Source: Gammaproteobacteria bacterium
Lineage (GTDB): Bacteria > Pseudomonadota > Gammaproteobacteria > Pseudomonadales > Azotimanducaceae
Direction: 5' to 3'
Assembly (NCBI GenBank): GCA_013151695.1
Contig: JAADHW010000108.1
Coordinates: forward strand, 1 to 42,227
Length of the DNA: 42,227 nt
Shown: positions 17,364-25,775 of the stretch, piece after piece
Position numbering within the stretch: the stretch's first letter is position 1
Layout: every line of letters starts with the position of its first letter
The notes under the pieces: model-generated
The model's input: the letters and a program-made list of their open reading frames with translations, nothing else
Told to the model about the DNA's origin: nothing
Databases searched by the model: none
Program-made: the position numbers and the translations under genes

Positions 17364-18743
17364 ATGGCGGGGGATGACAAAGAACGATTAGCGCAGAAGC
17401 TCACGCAATATCGCGATAGAGGGGTGACCCAGGTAAAGCTCGGTCTCACCGACATAGATGGAGTGATTCGAGGAAAGTACGTCAGCCTGGAGAAGTTTGC
17501 GGGCTTGCTCGAAAAGCAAGGTGGTTTTTGTGACTGCGTGTTTGGGTGGGACGTGAACGACCAGCTTTATGATGCCGTTCAATACACCGGCTGGCACACC
17601 GGTTTTCCGGATACCGGATACCGACTTTTGATAGACAGTGAACGTTGGATACCTGACGAGGACTGCCCTTATTTCATAGGAGAGTTTGTCGAACCTGATG
17701 GGTCGGCTCATGCGCTTTGTCCACGCACGCGATTAAGTGAAATTGTGAAGAAATTTAGCCAACTTGGGCTGAGTGTTCGGGCTGGTTTTGAATATGAGTT
17801 TTTCGTGTTTGAAGAAACACCGCATAGCGTTCGAGACAAAGGTTATAGGAATTTAGTACCGCTCACGCCGGGGAATTTTGGTTACTCGGTGTTACGCACG
17901 TCGGTAGAATCAGACCTTTTTGCTGGGCTGATGGAATACAGTGCTGCGTTGGATTGCGATCTTGAAGCGCTCCATTGTGAGACGGGACCCGGTGTATGGG
18001 AGGCGGCGATGAAGGCCAAGCCGCTGCTTGAGGCTGCGGACCGAGCCTGCCTATTCAAGACATTCACTAAGGTGTACCTGCAGAAGCGAAACCTCATTGG
18101 TACTTTTATGGCCAAGTGGTCTATGGACTATCCTGGGCAGAGTGGCCACTTCCATTTCAGCATTGAAGATGAACATCATGACAATCAGTTTTATGCGGAA
18201 AACAAACCCGGGTATATGAGTGATATGCAGCGTCACGCGGTTGCGGGGTTGGAACTCTATCTACCCGAGCTGTTGTTGATGTTAGCGCCGACCATCAATA
18301 GTTACACCCGTCTGGTTAAAGGTGCGTGGGCGCCTACAGCAGCAACTTGGGGTATCGAAAACCGTACCACTGCCATTCGTGTCATTCCTGCCGGACCCTC
18401 TGCGCAGCGCATCGAGTGTCGTGTCGGCGGGGCTGATGGCAATCCATACCTTGCGGCGGCAGCTGTGATGGGTGCGGCTCTGCGGGGAATTGAGGACAAA
18501 CTTGAACCCACCCAGGCAGTCACAGGAAATGCTTACGAGGTTGAAGATAGCCTCGATGCCAGCCGTCAATTTCCAACCAACTTACGTCAGGCAGCGGAAC
18601 TATTTGTTGGTTCGAAGGCTGCGGTTGAGTTGTTTGGTGGTGAGTTTGTGGACCATTTTTACCGCACACGAGTGTGGGAATGTGAGGAGTACGAACGAAA
18701 CTTGAACAGCTGGCAACTAGAACGATACTTTGAAATTATATAG
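17364..18743 (+). CDS. Glutamine synthetase-like protein (probable gamma-glutamylamide ligase)
   Basis: DIDGVIRGK, GFEYEFF, HCETGPGVWE, FMAKW, QSGHFHFS, NSYTRL, WGIENRT, RIECR, NPYLA. Confidence 0.9.
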   Translation: MAGDDKERLAQKLTQYRDRGVTQVKLGLTDIDGVIRGKYVSLEKFAGLLEKQGGFCDCVFGWDVNDQLYDAVQYTGWHTGFPDTGYRLLIDSERWIPDEDCPYFIGEFVEPDGSAHALCPRTRLSEIVKKFSQLGLSVRAGFEYEFFVFEETPHSVRDKGYRNLVPLTPGNFGYSVLRTSVESDLFAGLMEYSAALDCDLEALHCETGPGVWEAAMKAKPLLEAADRACLFKTFTKVYLQKRNLIGTFMAKWSMDYPGQSGHFHFSIEDEHHDNQFYAENKPGYMSDMQRHAVAGLELYLPELLLMLAPTINSYTRLVKGAWAPTAATWGIENRTTAIRVIPAGPSAQRIECRVGGADGNPYLAAAAVMGAALRGIEDKLEPTQAVTGNAYEVEDSLDASRQFPTNLRQAAELFVGSKAAVELFGGEFVDHFYRTRVWECEEYERNLNSWQLERYFEII

Positions 18744-18770
18744 GAGCCCTCTGATTGTTGAACTGATCCC

Positions 18771-19475
18771 ATGCAAAACTTCCACTTAGGCATTTTACAA
18801 ACCGATTCGGTAATGACTCATTTTCAAAGTGAGTTTGGTGATTACCCGGAAATGTTCCGTACGCTCTTCGATACAGTTGATGTCAATATTCAATATTCAA
18901 GTTTCGATGTACAGCAAGGTTTGCCCGCGCAGGTTAACTGCGATGCCTATTTGATCACCGGCAGCCGCCACAGTGTTTACGACAACCTAGCTTGGATCCA
19001 ATCTCTAGTGGCATTCCTAGAACAGGTGTTACGGGCGAAGAAAAAAATCATCGGTGTTTGTTTTGGCCACCAACTTATGGCGCATTTTTTTGGTGGGCGG
19101 GTCGAGGCCAATGCCTCAGGATGGGCCGTGGGTATTCATGAAAGTACGCTGGTCAGAAAAGCACACTGGATGCACAACAATGCGCGGTCTTTCCAATTAA
19201 TATCGAGCCACCAAGATCAGGTTTGCCAGTTGCCCAGTGACGCCGAAGTATTTGCCACCAACCAATTTTGCCCAATCGCTGGATTTACCATGGGAAACCA
19301 GGTGATCACGGTGCAAGGGCACCCTGAGTTTGAAAAGAGCTACGCCCAATCATTGATGAACTATCGTCGTGAGTTATTAGGTGAGGTGGTCTACCAAAAT
19401 GGCGTTGCGAGTTTAGAGAATTCAATGGACCCTTCACTGGTGGCACAATGGATGCTAAATTTTGTCCGCCGATAA
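18771..19475 (+). CDS. Class I glutamine amidotransferase-like protein (probable gamma-glutamyl hydrolase)
   Basis: ITGS, GVCFGHQ (catalytic Cys), QGHPEF (His-Glu). Confidence 0.9.
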   Translation: MQNFHLGILQTDSVMTHFQSEFGDYPEMFRTLFDTVDVNIQYSSFDVQQGLPAQVNCDAYLITGSRHSVYDNLAWIQSLVAFLEQVLRAKKKIIGVCFGHQLMAHFFGGRVEANASGWAVGIHESTLVRKAHWMHNNARSFQLISSHQDQVCQLPSDAEVFATNQFCPIAGFTMGNQVITVQGHPEFEKSYAQSLMNYRRELLGEVVYQNGVASLENSMDPSLVAQWMLNFVRR

Positions 19476-19878
19476 GCCACCAATAAGGTTTGAATCCTTT
19501 CGTCGCCAGGCCCAGGAAATGGTTAGTTCGCCGGGCAGGGTGCAAAGTTTGGCGGTGCAGGCGACGCGTAAGTTATCCCGCGCCAGTGGGGAAAAACTGC
19601 GAGAAGTGCGTGAACAGATTGTCTTAGCCATTGCACTTGTTAAGGCCTGGGTGAATGGTGACTATCGCCAGGTGTCAACTAAAACCATCGTCGTACTGGT
19701 GGCGGCGCTGTTATATTTTGTTGTGCCGTTGGATGTTATTCCTGACTTTATTTTTGGAATTGGGTTGCTGGATGATGCAGCAGTATTGGGTTATGTTTTT
19801 TCCCAGGTTCAAGATGAAATTCAAGCCTTCTTAGTTTGGCAGTCTGGAGAGCAAGAAAAGGATGAAGATTCTGCGTAG
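19462..19878 (+). CDS. YkvA/DUF1232 family membrane protein
   Basis: ALLYFVVPLDVIPDFIFGIGLLDDA signature. Confidence 0.9.
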   Translation: MSADKPPIRFESFRRQAQEMVSSPGRVQSLAVQATRKLSRASGEKLREVREQIVLAIALVKAWVNGDYRQVSTKTIVVLVAALLYFVVPLDVIPDFIFGIGLLDDAAVLGYVFSQVQDEIQAFLVWQSGEQEKDEDSA

Positions 19879-20710
19879 AAGTATTGGTTTCATTTTGGCT
19901 GCCGTGGTTTTGAGTGGCTGCAGCATTAAGATGGCGTACAACAATATGGACCGTCTTGTGCGCTGGCAGGTGAACGACTATGTCAGCCTGGACAGTACTC
20001 AAGAAGAATTTCTCGAGACGCAGTTGAACCATTTTATGTCTTGGCATCGACGTAGCCATCTGCCTTTGTATGCTGACTATGTGGTGTTGTTGTCATCCCA
20101 ACTCACAGATCATCCCAACGAAGCGTCTCTTAAACGAATTTTTGCTCAATTGTCAGTGTGGAGTGACGAGGTTGAAGCAAGGCTTTTGCCCACTGTTATT
20201 GGAGTGTTGGCTAACTTGTCTGATATACAGGTTTCTGAGCTTGCCTCAAATATGCAAGATAACAACACAGAGATGGCGCAGGCAGATGGCGACGCTTCCA
20301 TTGATGAAATTCAAGCCCGTTGGGCAGACGATTTAAAAGACTCGTTTAGCCGTTTTGCTGGGCGCCTAACGGCGTCGCAAAAAAGCTACTTGAAAACGCG
20401 CTCACGACAATTTCAACCCGATGGTGTGTTGTGGGCGCAGTATCGGACTCGTTGGCAGGCAGATTTATTGCTGCTGTTAAAGCAGCGAGAAGATCTAGAC
20501 GCGCTAACTTTGGGATATCAGGGGCTGGTTGAAAGGCGGGAGTCTTATTATGGGGAGGTACTGTCCAATATAAACGAGCAAAACAACATTTTGAGCCGTC
20601 AGGTTGCTGCCCATCTCCTGGCTAATATGTCTGCTAAACAGAATGCTCGATTTGTCGAAAGCATGGAGGATTTGGCGCAAGACTTCAGAGAGCTTGCCAC
20701 GCAAAGCTGA
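19862..20710 (+). CDS. Lipoprotein, DUF6279-like
   Basis: Lipobox LSGC followed by AYNNMD..W...YV.L...Q and WHR...LP.Y. Confidence 0.75.
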   Translation: MKILRRSIGFILAAVVLSGCSIKMAYNNMDRLVRWQVNDYVSLDSTQEEFLETQLNHFMSWHRRSHLPLYADYVVLLSSQLTDHPNEASLKRIFAQLSVWSDEVEARLLPTVIGVLANLSDIQVSELASNMQDNNTEMAQADGDASIDEIQARWADDLKDSFSRFAGRLTASQKSYLKTRSRQFQPDGVLWAQYRTRWQADLLLLLKQREDLDALTLGYQGLVERRESYYGEVLSNINEQNNILSRQVAAHLLANMSAKQNARFVESMEDLAQDFRELATQS

Positions 20711-20773
20711 TTTTTCAGTTCCACAGGTAGAAACGGCAGGACTATTACTGGAGCTTCGACTCACTGCTAGTTT

Positions 20774-21007
20774 CTAGTCGCTGCGGCTGCGACGGCGTAT
20801 TAGTGGCTTATCGTCCAACACCAACCATGCGACCAAATAGACGGCAATTGCTAGTTTCGGGAAAAACAATCCGCTCACGATGGCGCCGACCCGAATCAAT
20901 GCTGGGTCTAAATTCAAATGATTAGCGAGCCCTGCACATACACCGAAAAACCATCCGTTGTCTTTGTCTAGATGCAGCTTTAATTTGCTCATGAATTGGT
21001 TCGACAT
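20774..21007 (-). CDS. pspC: PspC domain protein
   Basis: DKDNGWFFGVCAGLANHLNLDPALIR, TM segment, YLVAW; AAGGA RBS. Confidence 0.85.
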   Translation of the reverse strand: MSNQFMSKLKLHLDKDNGWFFGVCAGLANHLNLDPALIRVGAIVSGLFFPKLAIAVYLVAWLVLDDKPLIRRRSRSD

Positions 21008-21027
21008 TGTTTATTCCTTATCACTAT

Positions 21028-21201
21028 CTACTGAGACTGAACTGGCTTTAAAGTCTCTGTGGTTGCACTGATGGTCGTTTCGGAAGGTACATATGCTTGT
21101 GCAACCAGTCCGAAGCATAAAAATACAACCACAAGCAGCAACATTGCCCACCCACTGCTGCGAGGGTGAGAAATACGCGAAAGTCGAAAGTTGCCTGTCA
21201 T
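21028..21201 (-). CDS. Unannotated 57-aa single-TM or signal-bearing peptide
   Basis: AAAGGA RBS then MTGNFRLSRISHPRSSGWAMLLLVVVFLCFGLVAQAYVPSETTISATTETLKPVQSQ*; ends 20 bp before pspC. Confidence 0.6.
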   Translation of the reverse strand: MTGNFRLSRISHPRSSGWAMLLLVVVFLCFGLVAQAYVPSETTISATTETLKPVQSQ

Positions 21202-21257
21202 GTTGAGTCCTTTGCTGTACAGCGAGCGTTTTTATCTAGTTCTGTTTAGTAGTTCAA

Positions 21258-21274
21258 TACAATAGTCGTGCCAA
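21258..21274 (-). promoter_or_regulatory. Sigma54 (-24/-12) promoter
   Basis: TTGGCACGACTATTGTA with correct spacing; the TTGTA -12 variant is what I recall for the E. coli pspA promoter. Confidence 0.75.
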
Positions 21275-21346
21275 TTTCGAAAAAGGTTCTATTCGTGCTT
21301 AGATCGGTGGTGTGGGGAGTTCCTGGGTGAGTTATTGTCAGACTGA

Positions 21347-21361
21347 TGGTTATTTTCACCA
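21347..21361. promoter_or_regulatory. Candidate enhancer-binding-protein (PspF-like) upstream activating site
   Basis: Imperfect palindrome TGGTTATTTTCACCA about 75 bp upstream of the -24 element. Confidence 0.45.
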
Positions 21362-21424
21362 AATAGTGGTGATGAAATCGGGGGTATCCGTGTAGCATGT
21401 CCTAAAAATTTACTAGGAGAAGTT

Positions 21425-23050
21425 ATGGATCTGCACTTTGCATCAGCGTGGGAGATTGTGGCGGATTACAAGCCCAATAGTGTTGCCACCGTATGTGATG
21501 GAGAGGCGTTGACCTGGCGGGAATTCGAACAACATGCAGCCTGTGTTGCGGCATTGTTACATGAACACGGCCTGGGTCCAGACTCCAAGGCGGGCCTGTA
21601 TCTACATAATTCTAATGAATACCAAGAAGCCCAATTTGGCATATTTAAAATTGGCGGATGCCCAATAAATGTCAATTATCGCTACAAGTCAGATGAACTC
21701 GTTCATTTACTCGACAACTCAGATGCAGAAGCCATTTTCTTCCAAGCGTGCTACGCCATGCGAATTTGGGAGATCAAAGATCGGCTACCGAAAATTAAAC
21801 TCTTTGTACAAATTAATGACGGCACAGAAGCGTTATTAGATTTTGCGGTGGACTATGAACGTTCTGTTCGCAACTACAATCCGTTACCTCGACAACAACG
21901 AGACCCCGATGGCATCTATATGCTGTACACAGGTGGAACCACCGGCTTACCGAAGGGGGTCATGTATCCAGTTGGTGGATTTACTGGATTCTTGGCGGGA
22001 ATGGGGGCCGCTGCACGAGATCTGACTCCCCCAACCGAATTGTCTAAGTATGGTGAGTTTGTTGGTCAGATAGAGAGTCCTCCCATATGTTTGGTTGGAT
22101 GTCCTTTGATGCACGGAACCGGTGCGTGGTTGGGCAGCTTCCTAACTTTGTTGATGGGTGGCACGGTGGTGACCACTTCTAAACTAGGCTTGGATGCGGA
22201 TCTTTTTTGGAGCATGACAGAAGCGCACGGGGTCACAGACATCGTCATCGTGGGAGATGCATTTGCGCGCCCGATGCTGGCCGCCTTAGATGCGGCGAAG
22301 CAACGTGGTACTCCCTATGATATCTCCTGTCTTAAACAAATTTGTTCCAGTGGCGTGATGTGGAGTAAGGAGACCAAACAAGGGTTGCTCGCGCACCATG
22401 ATATGGCTTTGGTAGACATTATGGGTTCGTCGGAAGGTGGCATGGGCAGTTCCGTAACCACCCGGGATGAAACCGCGCAGACCGCGAAGTTTAAGATGAA
22501 CAAAGGCGTCAAAGTCATTTCCGATGACGGCCGTATGGTGGAACCTGGGTCTGGAGAGGTAGGCAAGCTTGCCACCTCTGCCTTTGTACCCTTGGGGTAC
22601 TATAAAGATGCGGAAAAATCCGCCGCCATCTTTCGAGAGGTGGATGGTGTGCGATACAGTTTCCCCGGTGACTACGCAACCATCGAAGCAGACGGCACAA
22701 TTGTATTGTTGGGCCGTGGTAGTGTGTGTATTAACACCGCTGGTGAGAAAGTATTCCCTGAAGAAGTAGAAGAGGCCATAAAACGACACCCAAGTGTTCT
22801 AGATTGTTTGGTGGTTGGGCTTGCTGATGAGCGTTTCGGCGAACGAATTGTTGCAGTTACTTCTTGTGTTGAGTATCAAAAAGTTGAAGAAGCAGATTTG
22901 ATCGAATTCGTTCGCGAACAATTGGCAGGATACAAAGTGCCTAAGCAGGTCCTGATGGTAGATGTTGTGAGGCGAGCAGCCAATGGCAAGCCAGACTATA
23001 AATGGGCGAAAGCACAGGCGCAGGCAGAATTAGGTGGCGCGGTTGGATAA
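21425..23050 (+). CDS. Acyl-CoA synthetase (FadD19-like AMP-binding enzyme)
   Basis: NVNYRY, YTGGTTGLPKG, PLMHG, GSSEGG, PGD, GRGSVCINTAGEKVFPEEVE, NGKPDY. Confidence 0.93.
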   Translation: MDLHFASAWEIVADYKPNSVATVCDGEALTWREFEQHAACVAALLHEHGLGPDSKAGLYLHNSNEYQEAQFGIFKIGGCPINVNYRYKSDELVHLLDNSDAEAIFFQACYAMRIWEIKDRLPKIKLFVQINDGTEALLDFAVDYERSVRNYNPLPRQQRDPDGIYMLYTGGTTGLPKGVMYPVGGFTGFLAGMGAAARDLTPPTELSKYGEFVGQIESPPICLVGCPLMHGTGAWLGSFLTLLMGGTVVTTSKLGLDADLFWSMTEAHGVTDIVIVGDAFARPMLAALDAAKQRGTPYDISCLKQICSSGVMWSKETKQGLLAHHDMALVDIMGSSEGGMGSSVTTRDETAQTAKFKMNKGVKVISDDGRMVEPGSGEVGKLATSAFVPLGYYKDAEKSAAIFREVDGVRYSFPGDYATIEADGTIVLLGRGSVCINTAGEKVFPEEVEEAIKRHPSVLDCLVVGLADERFGERIVAVTSCVEYQKVEEADLIEFVREQLAGYKVPKQVLMVDVVRRAANGKPDYKWAKAQAQAELGGAVG

Positions 23051-24233
23051 GGGACCTTTATCTGGTGTTAGGATCATCGATTTAACATCGATGATATCGG
23101 GTCCTGTCGCAACCATGATGCTGGCAGATCAAGGTGCTGACGTGATTAAGGTAGAAGCTCTTAGTGGCGATTTGGTCAGAGGGGCTGGCCCCAATCGTAG
23201 TGGCATAACATCGACGTTTATTTCTTCCAACCGTTCCAAAAGAAGTATTGCGCTGGATCTGAAACAATCCGCGGGCGCGCGCGTGTTGAAAGACCTGTTA
23301 CGCGATGCGGACGTTTTTGTACAGAATTTTCGCCCAGGAACGATAGAGCGAATGGGTTTTGACGAAGCGACTGTGCGGGAGCTTAGTAGCAACATTATCT
23401 ATGTGTCCATCAGTGGGTTTGGGGAGCGGGGGCCATACGCACATCAGCGGGTCTATGACCCTGTTATACAAGCATTGTGTGGGCTGGCCGCCATCCAGGC
23501 TGATGGTGAGAGCGGCCGGCCAAAAATGGTGCGCACTATTATTCCAGACAAAACCACTGCAGTGACAGCAGCCCAAGCGATCACGGCAGCGCTGTTTGCT
23601 CGAGAGCGTAGTGGCGAAGGGCAACATGTAAAATTAGCGATGCTCGATACCATGGTGGCTTACTTATGGCCGGAGGGTATGGCTGGACTCACGTTAGTCG
23701 GTAAGGAGGTGAAAGCAGCCAGGGCGCAGCTTGCCCCAGATCTTATCTTCGCAACCCAAGATGGATACATCACAGCCGGTGCGGTAGCTGACAAAGAGTG
23801 GCAGGGCATGTGTCGGGCACTGGGTCGTGTTGAATGGATCGACGACCCGCGTTTTTTAACCATTAATGATCGTGCGATGAACGTGGCTGAGCGATTGAGC
23901 CAGACCGCCAAAGTGTTGGCGACCAATACCTCGGCCTATTGGCTTGCACGGCTAGATGAGCAAGGTGTGCCCTGTGCACCGGTGTTAAGCAGAGAGGAGG
24001 TGTTAACCCACGAACAGGTGGAGGCCAACCAGTTGATTGAAATGTCTGAACATCCCATCGCAGGTACTATTCGACAGCCCCGACCAGCAGCCATATTTGA
24101 CAAAACACCTGCCTTTATCCGCCGTCCCGCCCCAGGGTTAGGAGAACATTCGCGAGAATTGCTTGCCGAGCTGCAATACGGGGAAAAGCAGATACAAGCA
24201 CTCATTGACAAGGGTATTCTCGGCGAAACATAG
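23034..24233 (+). CDS. Family III CoA-transferase (CaiB/BaiF)
   Basis: GPLSGVRIIDL, LADQGADVIKVE, NRSKRS, QNFRPG, SISGFG, YDPVIQ, APGLGEH. Confidence 0.93.
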   Translation: MARLDKGPLSGVRIIDLTSMISGPVATMMLADQGADVIKVEALSGDLVRGAGPNRSGITSTFISSNRSKRSIALDLKQSAGARVLKDLLRDADVFVQNFRPGTIERMGFDEATVRELSSNIIYVSISGFGERGPYAHQRVYDPVIQALCGLAAIQADGESGRPKMVRTIIPDKTTAVTAAQAITAALFARERSGEGQHVKLAMLDTMVAYLWPEGMAGLTLVGKEVKAARAQLAPDLIFATQDGYITAGAVADKEWQGMCRALGRVEWIDDPRFLTINDRAMNVAERLSQTAKVLATNTSAYWLARLDEQGVPCAPVLSREEVLTHEQVEANQLIEMSEHPIAGTIRQPRPAAIFDKTPAFIRRPAPGLGEHSRELLAELQYGEKQIQALIDKGILGET

Positions 24234-24323
24234 GTTAATGACCTACAGCGGTTAAAAAACTGGCAGCTTGGCCAACTTCGACTAGATTTAATAAAGGATT
24301 CTTAGGACAAGCCAACACTATAC

Positions 24324-25388
24324 ATGCCGTCATTATTTGATATTCCGCTGGATGAATCGGTTGAAGTGCTGAAGCGCGTGTTGCCGCTTATGAGCAAGCA
24401 GCGCGTGCCTACCATTCCGCAAAACTATGCCATTTGGTACGACTTCGTCACTGATCGAAATGACGAGTTGACCAGTTTGTTGGCCGGAAGAATTGAGGCA
24501 GGTAAGAGTTTCGACTCCAAAGCTTGCAGAACCATATATGAGAGATTTTTTCTTGATGAACTCCACTCTGAAGTTGATGAAATACAAGGAGCAGTTCGCG
24601 GGGCGGTAGAATCTGTACTGGCCGAGCTGGGTAGTTTGGGGGAAGACATTTCGCACTACTCCGAAGTGTTAGGGGATTGCAGCGAATCTCTTCAAGAAAA
24701 CCCAACTACGGAAGAGCTCAACAAGTTAGTGGTGGAGTTGGTTCGTGAAACTGCTCGTACTAAATCACGCAGCGAGGAGGTTGAAGGGTCTCTGCATGGC
24801 ATGGCTTCAGAGCTGACCGAGTTGCGTGCTCAAGTTGAAAGGCTGAGTCGAGATTCGCGAACAGATGCCTTGACCGGTGTTGCTAATCGCCGTGCCTTTG
24901 ACGAAGGTATTAAACGCATGATGAAAGAGTCAAACGACGGACATAGTTCGTTGTGTCTTTTGTTGGCAGACATAGATCATTTCAAATCTTTCAATGATAC
25001 TCACGGGCATTTGGTGGGTGACAAGGTATTGCGCTTTGTTGCTCAGGAAATGGAGCAATGTGTAAAAGGCCGCGATCTTTTGGCCAGGTATGGTGGTGAG
25101 GAATTTGCCATATTATTGCCCAATACACCGCTAAGTGGCGCCAAAATGCTAGCCGAAAGCATACGCGCAATTATTGAGGCTCAACGAGTGAGTGGAGACA
25201 ATGGTAAGGAATTAGACAAAGTTACTATTTCCATTGGCGTATGCCAATTTCGACCGGGCGAAGAATTTACATCCTTTATCGAGCGTGCGGACGAATGTTT
25301 GTATGCTTGTAAAAATAATGGCCGTAATATGGTGATGAGCGAGATCGAGTTCGCCGAATACAATGCCGGACTAGAACGCAATCCTTAA
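24324..25388 (+). CDS. Soluble diguanylate cyclase
   Basis: Coiled-coil N-terminus, DALTGVANRR, DIDHFKSFNDTHGH, ARYGGEEF. Confidence 0.95.
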   Translation: MPSLFDIPLDESVEVLKRVLPLMSKQRVPTIPQNYAIWYDFVTDRNDELTSLLAGRIEAGKSFDSKACRTIYERFFLDELHSEVDEIQGAVRGAVESVLAELGSLGEDISHYSEVLGDCSESLQENPTTEELNKLVVELVRETARTKSRSEEVEGSLHGMASELTELRAQVERLSRDSRTDALTGVANRRAFDEGIKRMMKESNDGHSSLCLLLADIDHFKSFNDTHGHLVGDKVLRFVAQEMEQCVKGRDLLARYGGEEFAILLPNTPLSGAKMLAESIRAIIEAQRVSGDNGKELDKVTISIGVCQFRPGEEFTSFIERADECLYACKNNGRNMVMSEIEFAEYNAGLERNP

Positions 25389-25400
25389 TCTTAATTCTAG

Positions 25401-25733
25401 TCAGGGCATACACTGATAGTCACCTGCTAAGGCGTATCGAACACAGTTGCTACCAACGTTAGAAACACAATGCTTACGCGTTTTTCCAGTGGGTTCTGCA
25501 TGTTTGTGTCCTTTCCATTCTTCACACAGTTTTATCGCTTCTTGCCGAGCTTGACCCCAATCGACATCGGGTTCTTCCAGGTATAGATAGGGTGCGCCCA
25601 TGGTGACGATCCCGCGCTGTCGATCGAACGATATTAACTCCGCCGTTTTTGATGTTGGAATGGATATTGGTAAGTTGTATGGGCTACAACCCAGTACGGC
25701 TATCGCTAAGACCGGTAAGACTATTCGGCTCAT
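25401..25733 (-). CDS. YecR-like lipoprotein
   Basis: Lipobox VLGC; VDW..A..EA...C..W...AEP.G and terminal YQC; four additional Cys. Confidence 0.7.
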   Translation of the reverse strand: MSRIVLPVLAIAVLGCSPYNLPISIPTSKTAELISFDRQRGIVTMGAPYLYLEEPDVDWGQARQEAIKLCEEWKGHKHAEPTGKTRKHCVSNVGSNCVRYALAGDYQCMP

Positions 25734-25775
25734 GACTCTCTCTCGCTCCTTCTGTCTCTCTTTCTCTTTCTTTCT

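Noticed and set aside
17159-17455. 98-aa minus-strand ORF
   Set aside because: It overlaps the GS-like gene and the DnaA-box cluster; PVDN-type peptides are simply translated DnaA boxes.
17364-18743. Naming the GS-like gene glnA
   Set aside because: Motifs and the adjacent GATase fit gamma-glutamylamide ligases better; no ntrBC linkage.
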